Part shown: positions 18,891 to 30,553 of the stretch, one piece after another
How the letters are laid out: every line of letters starts with the position of its first letter
Numbering within the stretch: position 1 is the stretch's first letter
Assembly: GCA_964547345.1 (NCBI GenBank)
Contig: CAZJMX010000012.1
Span: 20,710-84,709 of the forward strand
Source: an uncultured Smithella sp.
Lineage (GTDB): Bacteria > Desulfobacterota > Syntrophia > Syntrophales > Smithellaceae
Direction of reading: 5' to 3'
DNA length: 64,000 nt
Made by a program: the position numbers and the translations under genes
Notes under the pieces: model-generated
What the model was told of the DNA's origin: nothing
What the model saw: only the letters and a program-made list of their open reading frames with translations
Databases searched by the model: none

Positions 18891-20084
18891 ATGAGCGATG
18901 CTGTAATTGTAGAATCCGTGAGAAGTCCGGGCAGTCGTTATAAAAGAGGAGGTCTTGCCGCGACGAGATCAGATGTGTATGGCATACAGGTTCTAAAGGG
19001 CTTGATGGCCAGAGTGCCGCAGGTTAATCCTGCAGAAATAGATGATTTAATCGTGGGTTGTTCTTTTCCGGAATGCGAGCAGGGCATGAACCTGGGTAGA
19101 ATTCTGGCCATGGGCGCCGGGCTTCCCATTTCCTGCTCCGGCATGGTCGTCAACCGTTTTTGCTCTTCAGGCGTTCAGGCGATCGCCGACGCGACGGCTA
19201 AAATCCGCGCCGGCTGGTCGGAAATCATCATTGCCGGCGGCTGCGAAACCATGTCTCATATTCCGATGGGCGGTTCGGCCATGCGTCCGAATCCGGACTG
19301 GAAGTTTGACGGCAGTATGCCGGATGTCTATATCAACATGGGCAACACGGCGGAAAATGTAGCGATGAATTACAATGTTTCCCGCGAGGATATGGATAAA
19401 TTCGGATTGGAGAGCAACCGCCGCGCCTATGAGGCAATCAAGGCCGGCAAATTCAAGGAAGAAATTATTCCGATTGATGCATTCAAATACAAAGTTAAAA
19501 ACGGCAAACGTGTCCGTGAAACATTCACTTTTGACACGGATGACGGTGTGCGTTGGCCGGCTAAGATGGAAGATATGTCAAAATTGAAATCCCCCTTCAA
19601 GGCGGGTGGTAATTGCACGGCGGCCAACTCTTCTCAGATGACGGATGGAGCGGCATTCTCACTGTTGATGACGGCAGAGAAAGCCAAAGCTCTCGGCCTG
19701 AAACCTCTGGCACGTTTGGCCTACTACGCCGTTGCCGGCTGCAAATCCGAAGAAATGGGCGTGGGTCCGGCTTACGCAATTCCGAAAGTTCTGAAAATGG
19801 CCGGTTTGACTCCAAAAGACATTGATGTCTATGAAATCAACGAAGCCTTTGCGTCACAGGCGATTTATTCCTGCCGCGTGATTGGTATTGAAGACCGCTA
19901 CTGGGCAGGTGATATCAATCCCAACGGTGGCGCCATTGCTCTCGGTCATCCACTGGGATGCACAGGTGCAAAACTGACGTCTCAGTTGCTGTATGAATTG
20001 AAACGTCGCGGTGGCAAACGTGGTATCGTGTCTATGTGTATCGGCGGCGGTATGGGTGCCGCCGCAATTTATGAAATGCTGTAG
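18891..20084 (+). CDS. Acetyl-CoA C-acyltransferase (thiolase)
   Basis: 397 aa with thiolase motifs (VNRFCSSG active-site Cys, NPNGGAIALGHPLGCTG, CIGGGMG). Confidence 0.93.
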   Translation: MSDAVIVESVRSPGSRYKRGGLAATRSDVYGIQVLKGLMARVPQVNPAEIDDLIVGCSFPECEQGMNLGRILAMGAGLPISCSGMVVNRFCSSGVQAIADATAKIRAGWSEIIIAGGCETMSHIPMGGSAMRPNPDWKFDGSMPDVYINMGNTAENVAMNYNVSREDMDKFGLESNRRAYEAIKAGKFKEEIIPIDAFKYKVKNGKRVRETFTFDTDDGVRWPAKMEDMSKLKSPFKAGGNCTAANSSQMTDGAAFSLLMTAEKAKALGLKPLARLAYYAVAGCKSEEMGVGPAYAIPKVLKMAGLTPKDIDVYEINEAFASQAIYSCRVIGIEDRYWAGDINPNGGAIALGHPLGCTGAKLTSQLLYELKRRGGKRGIVSMCIGGGMGAAAIYEML

Positions 20085-20117
20085 GTTCTGACTCCTCCAG
20101 CGCCAAGCTGAAAACGT

Positions 20118-20163
20118 CGCTCACCCTTCCGTCACTCATTTAAAAATGGCGGAAGGGTGAGCG
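20118..20163 (+). terminator. Strong 14-bp hairpin downstream of thiolase (no U-tract)
   Basis: CGCTCACCCTTCCG / CGGAAGGGTGAGCG perfect stem. Lacks a T-run, so terminator function is uncertain. Confidence 0.45.
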
Positions 20164-20253
20164 GCAATTCAGATTCTACAATTCACCATTTACCAGTTTG
20201 ATAAAGTTTGTGCTTGAAATGCTGGCAACTTTGAGCTATAGCACACGCCACTT

Positions 20254-20328
20254 GGGCGGTTAACTCAGCGGGAGAGTGCTACCTTCACACGGTAGAAGTC
20301 GCTGGTTCAATCCCAGCACCGCCTACCA
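20254..20328 (+). tRNA. tRNA-Val (anticodon CAC)
   Basis: Manual cloverleaf: acceptor GGGCGGT/ACCGCCT, anticodon arm CTACC-TTCACAC-GGTAG, T arm GCTGG-TTCAATC-CCAGC, encoded CCA. Confidence 0.9.
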
Positions 20329-20343
20329 TTTTGAATATTCAGA

Positions 20344-20375
20344 GGGGATATGGTTACATCCATACCCCCTTTTTT
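20344..20375. terminator. Hairpin plus T-run between tRNA-Val and the convergent gamma-CA gene
   Basis: GGGG(A)TATGG / CCATACCCC stem followed by T6. Confidence 0.55.
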
Positions 20376-20376
20376 A

Positions 20377-20901
20377 TTAGAGGATTGCTTTCATGGTTTC
20401 CAGATATTTTCGGCAAAGATACCGGTAGGCTTCGATGCCCTCTTTAGCGGATGCCTTATCTTTTTCGGTCAAGTCTCTCGTGATTTGGGCGGGATTTCCT
20501 GCAACAATCTTTCCCGCAGGAATATGCATGCCCCTGGGCACCAGTGATCCCACGGAAACAAACACATCTTCTTCGCAAATGACATTGAAAAGAACGATCG
20601 CTCCGATGCCGATCATGCATCTGGCTTTGATGTGGACGTCATGCAAGATGACGCCGTGCGCCACGGTGACGTCATTTTCGATGATGGATTGAGAGCCGGG
20701 ATAGACGTGAATCACAGCATTGTCCTGAACGCTCGTGCGGTCGCCGATGATCACCGGGCCGAAGTCCGCGCGGATGGAAACACCCGGCGCAATAAGACAT
20801 TCATGACCGATTCTGACGTCGCCGATCAAAACGGCGTCAGGATGCACAAATGAATCATCCGGCACTTGCGGCCGCTTCCCGTCAAACTCATACCTTGCCA
20901 T
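20377..20901 (-). CDS. Gamma carbonic anhydrase / PaaY-YrdA hexapeptide-repeat family protein
   Basis: 174 aa with left-handed beta-helix hexapeptide repeats (IGDVRIGHECLIAPGVSIRAD...). Confidence 0.85.
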   Translation of the reverse strand: MARYEFDGKRPQVPDDSFVHPDAVLIGDVRIGHECLIAPGVSIRADFGPVIIGDRTSVQDNAVIHVYPGSQSIIENDVTVAHGVILHDVHIKARCMIGIGAIVLFNVICEEDVFVSVGSLVPRGMHIPAGKIVAGNPAQITRDLTEKDKASAKEGIEAYRYLCRKYLETMKAIL

Positions 20902-20910
20902 GATTTAGCC

Positions 20911-21903
20911 TCAATATGTCAGTGAAATGTTAACGGAGCCGCCACGACCCAGGATATCATGCAGGTGGACGTAGCCTTGGAGTTTATTCTTTTCATTAAC
21001 GACGGCCAGAGACGTAATCTCTTTTTTCTGCATCATCTCGACAGTTTCCGCAAGTGACGTATTTTTATCGATGGTTTTCGGATTTCGTGTCATGACGTCA
21101 TCGATGGTTAGTGCGTCGAAGGAAACACCTTTGCTCACCATTCGCCGCACGTCGCCGTCTGTTAAGATGCCCAGCAAATTGTCTTTTTTGTCTGTGACCA
21201 ATGCGAAGCCGACATTCCGGCGGTCGATTTCGTCAATGGCTTGCCGCGCCTGCGTTTTGCTGAACACGCGCGGAATCTTGTCGCCTGTAACCATGGCGTC
21301 GCCGACGGTTGCCTTGAGTCTGGCACCCAGGCTGCCGCCGGGATGAAATTTGTAAAAATCCTTTTCGCGAAATTTTCGTTTATCAATCAGTGTGATGGCC
21401 AGGGCATCCCCCATTGCAAGCGCAGCAGTGGTGCTGGATGTCGGCGCCAGACCAAACGGACAGGCTTCTTTCTCCACGGACACATCAATGACGATGTTAC
21501 TGTTTTTAGCCAGCGTGGAGTCGAGTGCGCCGGTAAAGGCGATGATGGGTGCGCCGATATGTTTGACGGAGCTGATGATCGGCAACAATTCATGCGTTTC
21601 TCCACTATTGGAGATGGCAAGCAGAATGTCATCTTTCGTGACAATGCCCAGATCTCCGTGAATGCCTTCCACCGGATGCAAAAAGAGGGCCTGTGTTCCT
21701 GTGCTGGTCAGGGTGGCGACAATTTTCCTTCCGATCAGACCGGACTTGCCGATGCCTGTAATGATGACGCGGCCTTTGCACTTAAAAATCAGATTCACTG
21801 CTTGGGTAAAATTGCCATTCATCCTGTCCACCAGACGCAGGATGCTTTGCGCTTCAATCTTTAAAACTTCTTTTGCCCGGTTTATTGCAGTTTTATGATT
21901 CAT
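20911..21903 (-). CDS. kpsF: Arabinose-5-phosphate isomerase (KpsF/KdsD/GutQ family)
   Basis: SIS domain (ITGIGKSGLIGRK) plus tandem CBS domains. ATG 21903 preferred over GTG 21924. Confidence 0.88.
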   Translation of the reverse strand: MNHKTAINRAKEVLKIEAQSILRLVDRMNGNFTQAVNLIFKCKGRVIITGIGKSGLIGRKIVATLTSTGTQALFLHPVEGIHGDLGIVTKDDILLAISNSGETHELLPIISSVKHIGAPIIAFTGALDSTLAKNSNIVIDVSVEKEACPFGLAPTSSTTAALAMGDALAITLIDKRKFREKDFYKFHPGGSLGARLKATVGDAMVTGDKIPRVFSKTQARQAIDEIDRRNVGFALVTDKKDNLLGILTDGDVRRMVSKGVSFDALTIDDVMTRNPKTIDKNTSLAETVEMMQKKEITSLAVVNEKNKLQGYVHLHDILGRGGSVNISLTY

Positions 21904-22078
21904 TATTTTCCATCGCCTTTTCACAATTCAATACGGTGAGGCAAAACTAGCAAAAAAACCGCGACAAAACAAGAATCAAATGGCGATTTCCATTTGACAG
22001 AACTCTCAAAATAAATCATGGTTCCCGGCACGGTTATCTGCTAGAGGATACCGCATTGAATTTTAAGAGAATACACGC

Positions 22079-22855
22079 ATGAAAGTTGTTTTCATATCGG
22101 ATGCCCATTTGAAACGAGCCACTGACGAGCGCTACGGCCAGCTTGTTTGTTTCTTAAACGATATTAAGGATGGAAACATAAGATCGCTTACCGATGCAAC
22201 GGAACTGGAACGGGAAAAAACATCCATTGATGATCTCTATATCCTGGGGGATTTTTTTGATTTCTGGTTTTGCAACGCCGACAATATACATCCTGAATTT
22301 CAATTGGTGATCAGCAAGCTGTTGGATCTGCAAAAGACTGGTGTTCGCGTTCATTTGTGCGAAGGTAATCACGATTTTTTTTTAAAGGAATACTTCGAGG
22401 ATGTGCTGGGCATGGAAGTATTCGACGAGTGGGCGGATGTTCATCTGGATGGTTTGCGGATGCTGGTGTCGCACGGTGACACGGCGGATCGCTCCGACAG
22501 AAGTTATCTGCTGTTTCGAAAAATTTTGCGCAGCCGTGCTTTCCATTATGTTCAGCGCCTTATTCCCGCCTCTCTTCGCTGGGCAATCGCCTCCATGACG
22601 TCAAATGTGAGTAAGGAAATGAACAATGACAATCGTGATGTCCTTGTGGAAAAGAGGATCGCTTTTGCATCTGAAAAGTTCCGGGACGGTTACGACGCGA
22701 TGATTATAGGACATTGTCACAAGCCGGTCCTGAAGAGTCTCGATGTGCTGGGAAAGAAAAAAACTTTCATAACCTTGGGGGACTGGGCTAATCATTATTC
22801 ATTTCTCTATTATGAAAATACAAAATTCTTTATGAGTTATTACCGGCCTCAATAG
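22079..22855 (+). CDS. lpxH: UDP-2,3-diacylglucosamine diphosphatase (LpxH-type metallophosphoesterase)
   Basis: ISDAHL, GDFFDFWF, EGNHDFF and GHCH metallophosphoesterase motifs in LpxH-like order. Confidence 0.7.
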   Translation: MKVVFISDAHLKRATDERYGQLVCFLNDIKDGNIRSLTDATELEREKTSIDDLYILGDFFDFWFCNADNIHPEFQLVISKLLDLQKTGVRVHLCEGNHDFFLKEYFEDVLGMEVFDEWADVHLDGLRMLVSHGDTADRSDRSYLLFRKILRSRAFHYVQRLIPASLRWAIASMTSNVSKEMNNDNRDVLVEKRIAFASEKFRDGYDAMIIGHCHKPVLKSLDVLGKKKTFITLGDWANHYSFLYYENTKFFMSYYRPQ

Positions 22856-22961
22856 TATTCCCCTTTATTTTATCATGTGTTTCTTTGATGAATAACTGGA
22901 CATATCTTCTTCTTTGTGCTAGGAAACCCGATCTTTTTGCAGAGAAGGAAGGACAGCAATT

Positions 22962-23819
22962 ATGAATTATGGCGGAATATATCCCGAGTGTAAAATGCGC
23001 GATGCCCGTTTTGTTGTCGTTCCTGTGCCCTACGATCTTACCTCCACGTATCAGTCCGGCAGCCGCCGGGGGCCGCAGGCCATCATTGAAGCCTCCACCA
23101 ACATGGAACTCTACGACGAAGAGTTGAAGAAGGAAACCTATCTCGCCGGCATCCACACCTCAACGCCTGTGGTTGTGGATGCACGCGGGCCCAAGCACAT
23201 GATTTCCGCTGTGCGCAAAAAAATCAGCCGCATTGTCTTTGCTGACAAAATTCCCGTGATGCTGGGCGGCGAGCACAGTATCAGCTTAGGCGCCGTGCAG
23301 GCGGTTTACGAAAAATATCCGAAGCTGACGGTGCTTCAGCTCGACGCTCACGCGGATTTGCGCGATAGTTACCAGGGGACGCCCTACAATCACGCCTGTG
23401 TCGGTCGGCAGGTCGCTGATTTTTGCCAACTGGTGCAGGTCGGAATTCGCAGCATGAGCAAGGAAGAGGGGGATTATCTTCCCAAAAGCAAGGTCAAGTC
23501 CTATTCGGCGGAGGATGTTTTCAATAACGACAAGTGGGCCGAGACGGTATGCAAGCATTTGCGCGGGGATGTTTATGTGACCATTGATCTGGATGTCTTT
23601 GACCCATCCATTATGTCGGCTACGGGAACCCCGGAGCCAGGGGGACTCTATTGGCGGGATGTTCTGAAACTTCTAAAAATGGCTTCGGCCTGTTGCACGA
23701 TTCGCGGGTTTGATGTCGTTGAACTCGCGCCGCTGCCCGGAATGGTCGCGCCCGATTTCATGGCGGCAAAGCTGATCTACCGGCTGATGGGATATATTAC
23801 AGGTAAAGATAAAAAATAA
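22962..23819 (+). CDS. speB: Agmatinase (arginase family)
   Basis: Ureohydrolase motifs ([24 protein letters not shown]). Adjacent to the arginine decarboxylase gene. Confidence 0.88.
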   Translation: MNYGGIYPECKMRDARFVVVPVPYDLTSTYQSGSRRGPQAIIEASTNMELYDEELKKETYLAGIHTSTPVVVDARGPKHMISAVRKKISRIVFADKIPVMLGGEHSISLGAVQAVYEKYPKLTVLQLDAHADLRDSYQGTPYNHACVGRQVADFCQLVQVGIRSMSKEEGDYLPKSKVKSYSAEDVFNNDKWAETVCKHLRGDVYVTIDLDVFDPSIMSATGTPEPGGLYWRDVLKLLKMASACCTIRGFDVVELAPLPGMVAPDFMAAKLIYRLMGYITGKDKK

Positions 23820-23844
23820 TGGGATCGTCAATATCATATCAAGG

Positions 23845-24408
23845 ATGGAGAATAAAAAATTGAATTCAAGCGTACCGAAGAAAATCTTTTTTACCAAGGG
23901 AGTCGGCACCCACAAGGAAGAACTGCATTCATTTGAGTTGGCCCTGCGTGACGCCGGTATAGAAAAATGCAATCTGGTGCAGGTATCCAGCATTCTACCA
24001 CCGGGCTGCAAAGTCATTTCCAAAGCCCAAGGCTTAAGAGAGTTGCAACCGGGTGCGATTACATTTTGCGTCATGAGCCGTTGCTGCACGAACGAGCCCC
24101 GCCGCCTTCTGGCTGCATCCGTCGGTCTGGCCGTCCCTGCGGATCGGAAGACTTACGGTTACATCAGTGAGCATCATGCTTACGGCAAAACGGAAAAAGA
24201 GGCGGGAGACTACGCCGAAGATCTGGCTGCGGCCATGCTGGCTTCCACTCTGGGTATTGATTTCGATGTGGATGAAAGCTGGGACGAGAAAAAAGAAATA
24301 TTTAAAATCAGCGGCAAAATTGTCAGCACGCGCAATACCACACAATCGACGATTGTCAAAAATAACTGGTATACCACTGTAGTAGCTGCCGCTGTGTTTA
24401 TTTTCTAG
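23845..24408 (+). CDS. pdaD: Pyruvoyl-dependent arginine decarboxylase
   Basis: 187 aa, PdaD family ([25 protein letters not shown], self-cleavage region VSSILPPG). Confidence 0.85.
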   Translation: MENKKLNSSVPKKIFFTKGVGTHKEELHSFELALRDAGIEKCNLVQVSSILPPGCKVISKAQGLRELQPGAITFCVMSRCCTNEPRRLLAASVGLAVPADRKTYGYISEHHAYGKTEKEAGDYAEDLAAAMLASTLGIDFDVDESWDEKKEIFKISGKIVSTRNTTQSTIVKNNWYTTVVAAAVFIF

Positions 24409-24495
24409 GGGTGAGGTGGTCTCAGCCGCTAAATAACTCCTTGACAAATAAAGGAGATAGTGGTCTAAGGTCGACGTCTTGATACACAGTCCTGA

Positions 24496-24572
<77 letters not shown>

Positions 24573-24578
24573 AATAAT

Positions 24579-24614
24579 AAAAAAGGGTTGGAATAATTAT
24601 TCCAACCCTTTTTT
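24579..24614. terminator. Bidirectional rho-independent terminator
   Basis: Perfect 28-nt palindrome AAGGGTTGGAATAATTATTCCAACCCTT flanked by an A-run and a T-run, between the tRNA and the convergent regulator gene. Confidence 0.85.
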
Positions 24615-24620
24615 GTGGCA

Positions 24621-26012
24621 TTAATCGACCCAGCCACCGCCGATGTTCAGGCGTTTGAGTTTTTCCACCAATGTCGTGCGGTTGAGATTGAGAAGCTTAG
24701 CCGCGCGGTTCTTGACGCCGCCGCTCATTTTCAGCGCTTTGAGCAGCAGTTCCTTTTCCAGCCGGCTGACATGATCGTTAAAGTCGATACCATCTTCGGA
24801 GAAAACAACCGGGATCTTTGCTGCATCCACACCCGGAATGTTTCTTATTTTCGCAGGTAAGTCCTCAATGGAGATGTCGCCTTCCTCTTTCATGACGACC
24901 AGCATTTCGATGAGATTTTGCAATTCACGCACATTTCCCGGCCAACCGTAACGCATGAGGTAGTTGACGGTGTCGGGCGAAATGTGTTCGACGTTCTTTT
25001 TTTTAAGCTTATTGAATGTGATCAAAAAGTGATTGGCGAGAATCAAAATGTCCGATCCTCGTTCTCTGAGCGCCGGCAGATTGATGGGAATGACGTTGAT
25101 CCGGTAAAAAAGATCTTCACGGAATTTTTTTTCGGCGACAGCTGTTTCCAGATTTTGATTTGTGGCTGCGATGATCCGGACGTCGGCGTTGATGGTTTTG
25201 ACTCCTCCGATCCGTTCAAATTGTTTTTCCTGAATGACGCGCAAAACCTTGACTTGAAGCGACGGGCTCATGTCGCCGATTTCGTCCAGAAAGATCGTGC
25301 CGCCCTGGGCCAGTTCGAAACGGCCCATCCGGTTGCGGATGGCTCCGGTAAAAGCGCCTTTTTCATGGCCGAATAATTCGCTCTCCAGTAGCTCTTCGGG
25401 AATTGCGCCGCAATTGACCGGAATCATCGGCTGGTTCCTCCGGTCGCTTTTAAAGTGAATTGCCCGGGCGACCAGTTCCTTGCCGGTTCCGCTCTCGCCA
25501 GTGATCAGCACGGTGCTGTCGGAATTGGATACTTTTTCAATGATATCAAATACTTTTTTCATGCAATCGCTGTAGCCGATGATTTTGTCAAAGTCCTGTC
25601 TCTCTTTCAAATGTTCCTTCAGCGAGACATTTTCATCGCGGAGTTTGGCAAAATTCATCGCACGGCTGACCGATAATTTGACGAGATCGTCTTTGATAGG
25701 TTTGGTGATGAAATCGAAAGCGCCCATTTTCATGGCGGAAACGGCTGCATTGACTGTGCCGTGCCCGGTGATCATGATGACGATATTATCGCGATTCGCG
25801 TCTTTAATATATTTCAGAAACTCCAGGCCGTCGACATTGGGCATGCGAAGATCCGTGATGACCAGATCGTATTTGTCATCAAGGAAGGCTTCGATACCTT
25901 CCCGACCGTCATTAACCGCCTTGACTTCGTATCCTTCTTCTTTCAGAATTTCAGTGAGTGTTTCCTTGTTGAGGTCATTATCGTCGGCAACCAGTATTTT
26001 TCCATTTTTCAT
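24621..26012 (-). CDS. Sigma-54-dependent response regulator (NtrC family: REC + AAA+ + Fis-type HTH)
   Basis: REC (ILVADDND...VITDLRMP), GESGTGKE Walker A, GAFTGA sigma-54 contact motif, C-terminal HTH. ATG 26012 (MKNGK). No adjacent kinase. Confidence 0.92.
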   Translation of the reverse strand: MKNGKILVADDNDLNKETLTEILKEEGYEVKAVNDGREGIEAFLDDKYDLVITDLRMPNVDGLEFLKYIKDANRDNIVIMITGHGTVNAAVSAMKMGAFDFITKPIKDDLVKLSVSRAMNFAKLRDENVSLKEHLKERQDFDKIIGYSDCMKKVFDIIEKVSNSDSTVLITGESGTGKELVARAIHFKSDRRNQPMIPVNCGAIPEELLESELFGHEKGAFTGAIRNRMGRFELAQGGTIFLDEIGDMSPSLQVKVLRVIQEKQFERIGGVKTINADVRIIAATNQNLETAVAEKKFREDLFYRINVIPINLPALRERGSDILILANHFLITFNKLKKKNVEHISPDTVNYLMRYGWPGNVRELQNLIEMLVVMKEEGDISIEDLPAKIRNIPGVDAAKIPVVFSEDGIDFNDHVSRLEKELLLKALKMSGGVKNRAAKLLNLNRTTLVEKLKRLNIGGGWVD

Positions 26013-26310
26013 GATGAATTCCTGTTGGTTTATGGACAGCAATTATTTTGACGTATATTAAGGTATTTGCGACATAAAAACAATAGTAAAAGGCTTAGAG
26101 CGTCAAAAAATAAACAGACAGGGTGGAAACCATATTACCCCGTCAGAAATCCAACGACATTTTTCAGGAAATACATTCTTTACCTTAAGTATTTCATTTT
26201 TTTGCCGAATAAAAAAAGAAAGAATGCATCGTCACGTCTTTGCTCGATGTATAAAGAAATTACAATTTGAAATCAATGTTATAAGTTGTGGGGACCAGAA
26301 AGTTGGCAAT

Positions 26311-26326
26311 TGGCATAAGTATTGCT
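26311..26326 (+). promoter_or_regulatory. Sigma-54 promoter of the che operon
   Basis: TGGCATAAGTATTGCT, about 105 nt upstream of the cheR ATG. Confidence 0.75.
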
Positions 26327-26430
26327 TTTTGATTACAAATCTTCTCGGTTTTTGATTTCTCCGATTGCCGGGACGCAGATGAATGTTGTTTTTTACATTG
26401 AAGTAATAAATGAAAGAGTGGCTTTGATTG

Positions 26431-27264
26431 ATGTCGATTAGTACATTTGAACTGAAAAACAGCGATTTTGAAAAAATAAGCCGCCTTGTTTATGAGCAAT
26501 GCGGTATTTACCTTCATGAAGGTAAAAAAGAACTCGTTAAAGCCCGCCTCAGCAAACGGCTTCGAGCCGGCGGTTATCAATCCTTTATCGATTACTATCA
26601 CTATGTCACAACAGGAGAGGGGACGGATGAATTAATCTCGATGATTGATTCCATCTCTACCAATCTAACTTCTTTTTTTCGCGAGGAAAGTCATTTTGTT
26701 CGCCTGCGCCATGTTATCCAAACCGCCTTGGAGAAATCAGGCCATCACGGATCCAAAATGAAGTTTAAAATCTGGTCCGCCGGTTGTTCCACTGGAGAAG
26801 AGCCTTATACGCTGGCGATCACCATATCGGAGGCCGCCGGCCATCATTCTATGGACGCCTCCATTCTGGCAACGGATATTTCCACCAAGGTGTTGCGCAT
26901 TGCGGAAGCGGGCGTGTACGCGCAAGACCGCGTCAAAGGAATCGCCGCGCCCCTGTTGAAAAAATATTTTCAGGTAGGAACAGGAAAATCCGAAGGGCAG
27001 GTCCGCGTTAAGAACGATTTGAAGAAAACAATCACATTCCAGCGTTTTAATCTGATGGACACCTTTTCCGGACATAACGATTATGACATTATTTTCTGCC
27101 GGAATGTTATGATTTATTTCGATAAAAAGACGCAAAATGATCTGGTAAATAAATTCTATGGTGCACTAAAAAGCGGCGGTTACTTTTTTGTCGGTCATTC
27201 GGAAAGCTTAACCGGTTTGAAACATCACTTTAAGTACGTAGAACCGAGTGTTTATCTGAAATAA
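26431..27264 (+). CDS. cheR: Chemotaxis protein methyltransferase CheR
   Basis: CheR N-terminal helical domain plus SAM methyltransferase (IWSAGCSTGEEPYTLA, FCRNVMIYF). ATG 26431 (the track starts at TTG 26428). Confidence 0.93.
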   Translation: MSISTFELKNSDFEKISRLVYEQCGIYLHEGKKELVKARLSKRLRAGGYQSFIDYYHYVTTGEGTDELISMIDSISTNLTSFFREESHFVRLRHVIQTALEKSGHHGSKMKFKIWSAGCSTGEEPYTLAITISEAAGHHSMDASILATDISTKVLRIAEAGVYAQDRVKGIAAPLLKKYFQVGTGKSEGQVRVKNDLKKTITFQRFNLMDTFSGHNDYDIIFCRNVMIYFDKKTQNDLVNKFYGALKSGGYFFVGHSESLTGLKHHFKYVEPSVYLK

Positions 27265-27266
27265 TT

Positions 27267-27749
27267 ATGAGCGATTTAATAGTCGGAATATCTGATATTA
27301 AGATCAGTAACAATTTAAGCGACACGATTGTTACGTACGCGTTGGGATCCTGCATCGGCATTGCCGTGTATGATCCGATAGCCCGTGTGGGAGGCATGCT
27401 GCACTATATGCTGCCTGATTCTACACTGGATGAAAGAAAAGCCAGAGACAATCCGGCAATGTTTGCCGACACGGGAATTCCTTCGCTGTTTAAGGCTTGC
27501 TACAGCTTGGGGGCGGAAAAGAAGCGGATGATCGTCAGAGTGGCAGGCGGCGCCAGCATTTTGGATGACACCAACTTTTTCCGTATTGGCCAGAAAAATA
27601 TCATGGCGATGAGAAAAATATTCTGGAAAAACAATGTCATGATTACAACCGAAGATACTGGTGCGAATCACAACCGTACGGTTCGTCTGGAAATGGCCAC
27701 CGGCAAGACCTATGTTAAAACCTCCGGAGGTGAGATGAAGGAATTATGA
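27267..27749 (+). CDS. cheD: Chemoreceptor glutamine deamidase CheD
   Basis: 160 aa, CheD family (TYALGSCIGIAVYD, GMLHYMLP). Confidence 0.9.
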   Translation: MSDLIVGISDIKISNNLSDTIVTYALGSCIGIAVYDPIARVGGMLHYMLPDSTLDERKARDNPAMFADTGIPSLFKACYSLGAEKKRMIVRVAGGASILDDTNFFRIGQKNIMAMRKIFWKNNVMITTEDTGANHNRTVRLEMATGKTYVKTSGGEMKEL

Positions 27750-28597
27750 AAGTTATTAACCGTATTCTCAAATCAATTGAAACGATTCCGGCTTTTCCGG
27801 CGACTGGAAATAAAGTGGCGCAGTTGCTTAACAAAGCTGACTATTCCGTATTGCAGGTTGCCAATGTCATCAAATACGACCCATCCATTACTGCCAACAT
27901 TTTGAAAATGGCTAATTCAGCATACTTCAACTCGCAACACAAAATCAGCACGATCAATGATGCCGTCATGTACCTGGGGCAGAAGAATCTGCTGCGAGCG
28001 ATTCAGACGGCAGGCATTTCCAAATATTACAAAAAAGGCGCTTCCGGCTATTTCGACAGTGCCACGGATTTGTGGGAGCATTCCGTAGCCGTGGCGTTGA
28101 TGTCGCAGATTTTGTCTAAAAAAATAACGGGCGAAGAAGACACGACGCTCTATACGGCGGCGCTTTTACACGATGTCGGGAAAATTATTATGGGTGAGTT
28201 TGTCCGCGATGAGATGAAAAAAATATCGATGCTTGTTTCGCAGCATTCCATGTCGTTTCTGGAAGCGGAAGAAACAGTCCTGGGCATTAATCATGCCGAT
28301 CTGGGCGGAAAGATTGCCGAGCACTGGAATTTCCCTGCGGAAATTCGGGAGGCCGTCGCTTATCATCACCGGCCGGATTTACTGGAAAAGTCCGATAAGG
28401 TTATGCCCTGGATCGTCTACATGGCGGATGAAGCCTGTTTAATGATGGGGATCGGCAGTTCCGTGGAAGGTTTGGCGCAGCGCGCAGTCGGCGAGTTGCT
28501 CAAAAAGTTCAATTTAAGGATGAGAGATCTGGAAAGAAGCATGGTCATGCTTTCGGATGATTTAAATAGCGCCAGGGAACTCATTAACATCATCTAG
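27746..28597 (+). CDS. HDOD domain-containing signalling protein
   Basis: 283 aa. IETIPAFPATGNKV..., LHDVGKIIMG and HADLGGKIAEHWNFP are typical of the HD-related output domain. Start overlaps the cheD stop (ATGA). Confidence 0.85.
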   Translation: MKVINRILKSIETIPAFPATGNKVAQLLNKADYSVLQVANVIKYDPSITANILKMANSAYFNSQHKISTINDAVMYLGQKNLLRAIQTAGISKYYKKGASGYFDSATDLWEHSVAVALMSQILSKKITGEEDTTLYTAALLHDVGKIIMGEFVRDEMKKISMLVSQHSMSFLEAEETVLGINHADLGGKIAEHWNFPAEIREAVAYHHRPDLLEKSDKVMPWIVYMADEACLMMGIGSSVEGLAQRAVGELLKKFNLRMRDLERSMVMLSDDLNSARELINII

Positions 28598-28623
28598 GCG
28601 CAGGTATAAAGGAAGGTGACATT

Positions 28624-29055
28624 ATGTCATTTAATGTTTTAATCGTGGATGATTCCAACTCCATGAGAGCGGTGATTAAAAAGGTCATTACCATTTCGGG
28701 TTTTCAGATGGATCTGTGTCTGGAGGCCGGAAACGGAAAGCAGGCGCTGGAAATGCTGGGTAACAGCTGGGTGGATGTCATTGTTTCGGATATTAACATG
28801 CCGGAAATGAACGGTCTGGAGTTGCTCGATCAGCTGCGTCGGAATGATACACTCAAGGAAATTCCGGTCATCATGATCACAACAGAAGGATCCGATGAGC
28901 GCATGAAGGAAGCTTTTGCACGCGGGGCGAAGGGGTTTATTAAAAAGCCTTTTCTGCCGGAAGAAATAAAGAAGGTTCTTTATGAAGTCATAGGAGTCGG
29001 GCAAGATGGACAATATGAAGAAGACACAAGAAGTTCTGATGAACTCGATTTTTGA
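28624..29055 (+). CDS. CheY-like single-domain response regulator
   Basis: VLIVDDSNSMR ... VIVSDINMPEMNG ... FIKKPF receiver motifs, plus a 20-aa acidic tail. Confidence 0.88.
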   Translation: MSFNVLIVDDSNSMRAVIKKVITISGFQMDLCLEAGNGKQALEMLGNSWVDVIVSDINMPEMNGLELLDQLRRNDTLKEIPVIMITTEGSDERMKEAFARGAKGFIKKPFLPEEIKKVLYEVIGVGQDGQYEEDTRSSDELDF

Positions 29056-29455
29056 AGTATTCGAGAAAATGTTTTTTGTTTTTCTTGAGCCGCTTGATGA
29101 AGATGTCCGGTATGACCTGATCACGTCCATTCATTTCAGCGGGCCCATGAAAGGCGAAATCAAAGCCTATTTTTCCAGTGGCATTGCAGGAATCATGGTT
29201 CAAAATATGCTGGGACTGGAACCCAAAGAGGTGACGGAAAAAACCATGGAAGATTGCGCCAAGGAAGCGCTCAACATGATAGCCGGAAGTTTTCTCAACA
29301 AGCTGGAGCCCAAAAAAGTATTCGATTTGTCGATTCCAGCCTATGAAAAGGCAGAGGGAAGTTTTTCCAAAAATCCGGATCTGACGTTGAGTCTGGTCTT
29401 TGATTCCGACGATCAGCGCATGGGTCTTACGATGAACATTGAGCCCAAGAATTAG
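29006..29455 (+). CDS. CheX/CheC-family phosphatase-like protein
   Basis: 149 aa containing the E-x-x-N type segment KEALNMIAGSF. Start is uncertain (29006, 29015 or 29039) and overlaps the end of the preceding cheY-like gene. Confidence 0.6.
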   Translation: MDNMKKTQEVLMNSIFEVFEKMFFVFLEPLDEDVRYDLITSIHFSGPMKGEIKAYFSSGIAGIMVQNMLGLEPKEVTEKTMEDCAKEALNMIAGSFLNKLEPKKVFDLSIPAYEKAEGSFSKNPDLTLSLVFDSDDQRMGLTMNIEPKN

Positions 29456-29486
29456 CCCTGGGCGTTAGAAACCGGGCGGACAGTAA

Positions 29487-30551
<1,065 letters not shown>

Positions 30552-30553
30552 AA

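Noticed and set aside
21925-22062. 13-bp inverted repeat AATTCAATACGGT / ACCGCATTGAATT (12/13 complementary) bracketing the kpsF-lpxH divergent intergenic region.
   Set aside because: A single imperfect pair with no associated motif. By a rough estimate, one such pair somewhere among the ~40 intergenic regions is not surprising. It is noted only as a possible operator pair.
26260-26601. 113-aa minus-strand ORF spanning the che promoter and the cheR start.
   Set aside because: It overlaps cheR antisense and the sigma-54 promoter. It shows no motifs and has AT-rich, skewed composition.
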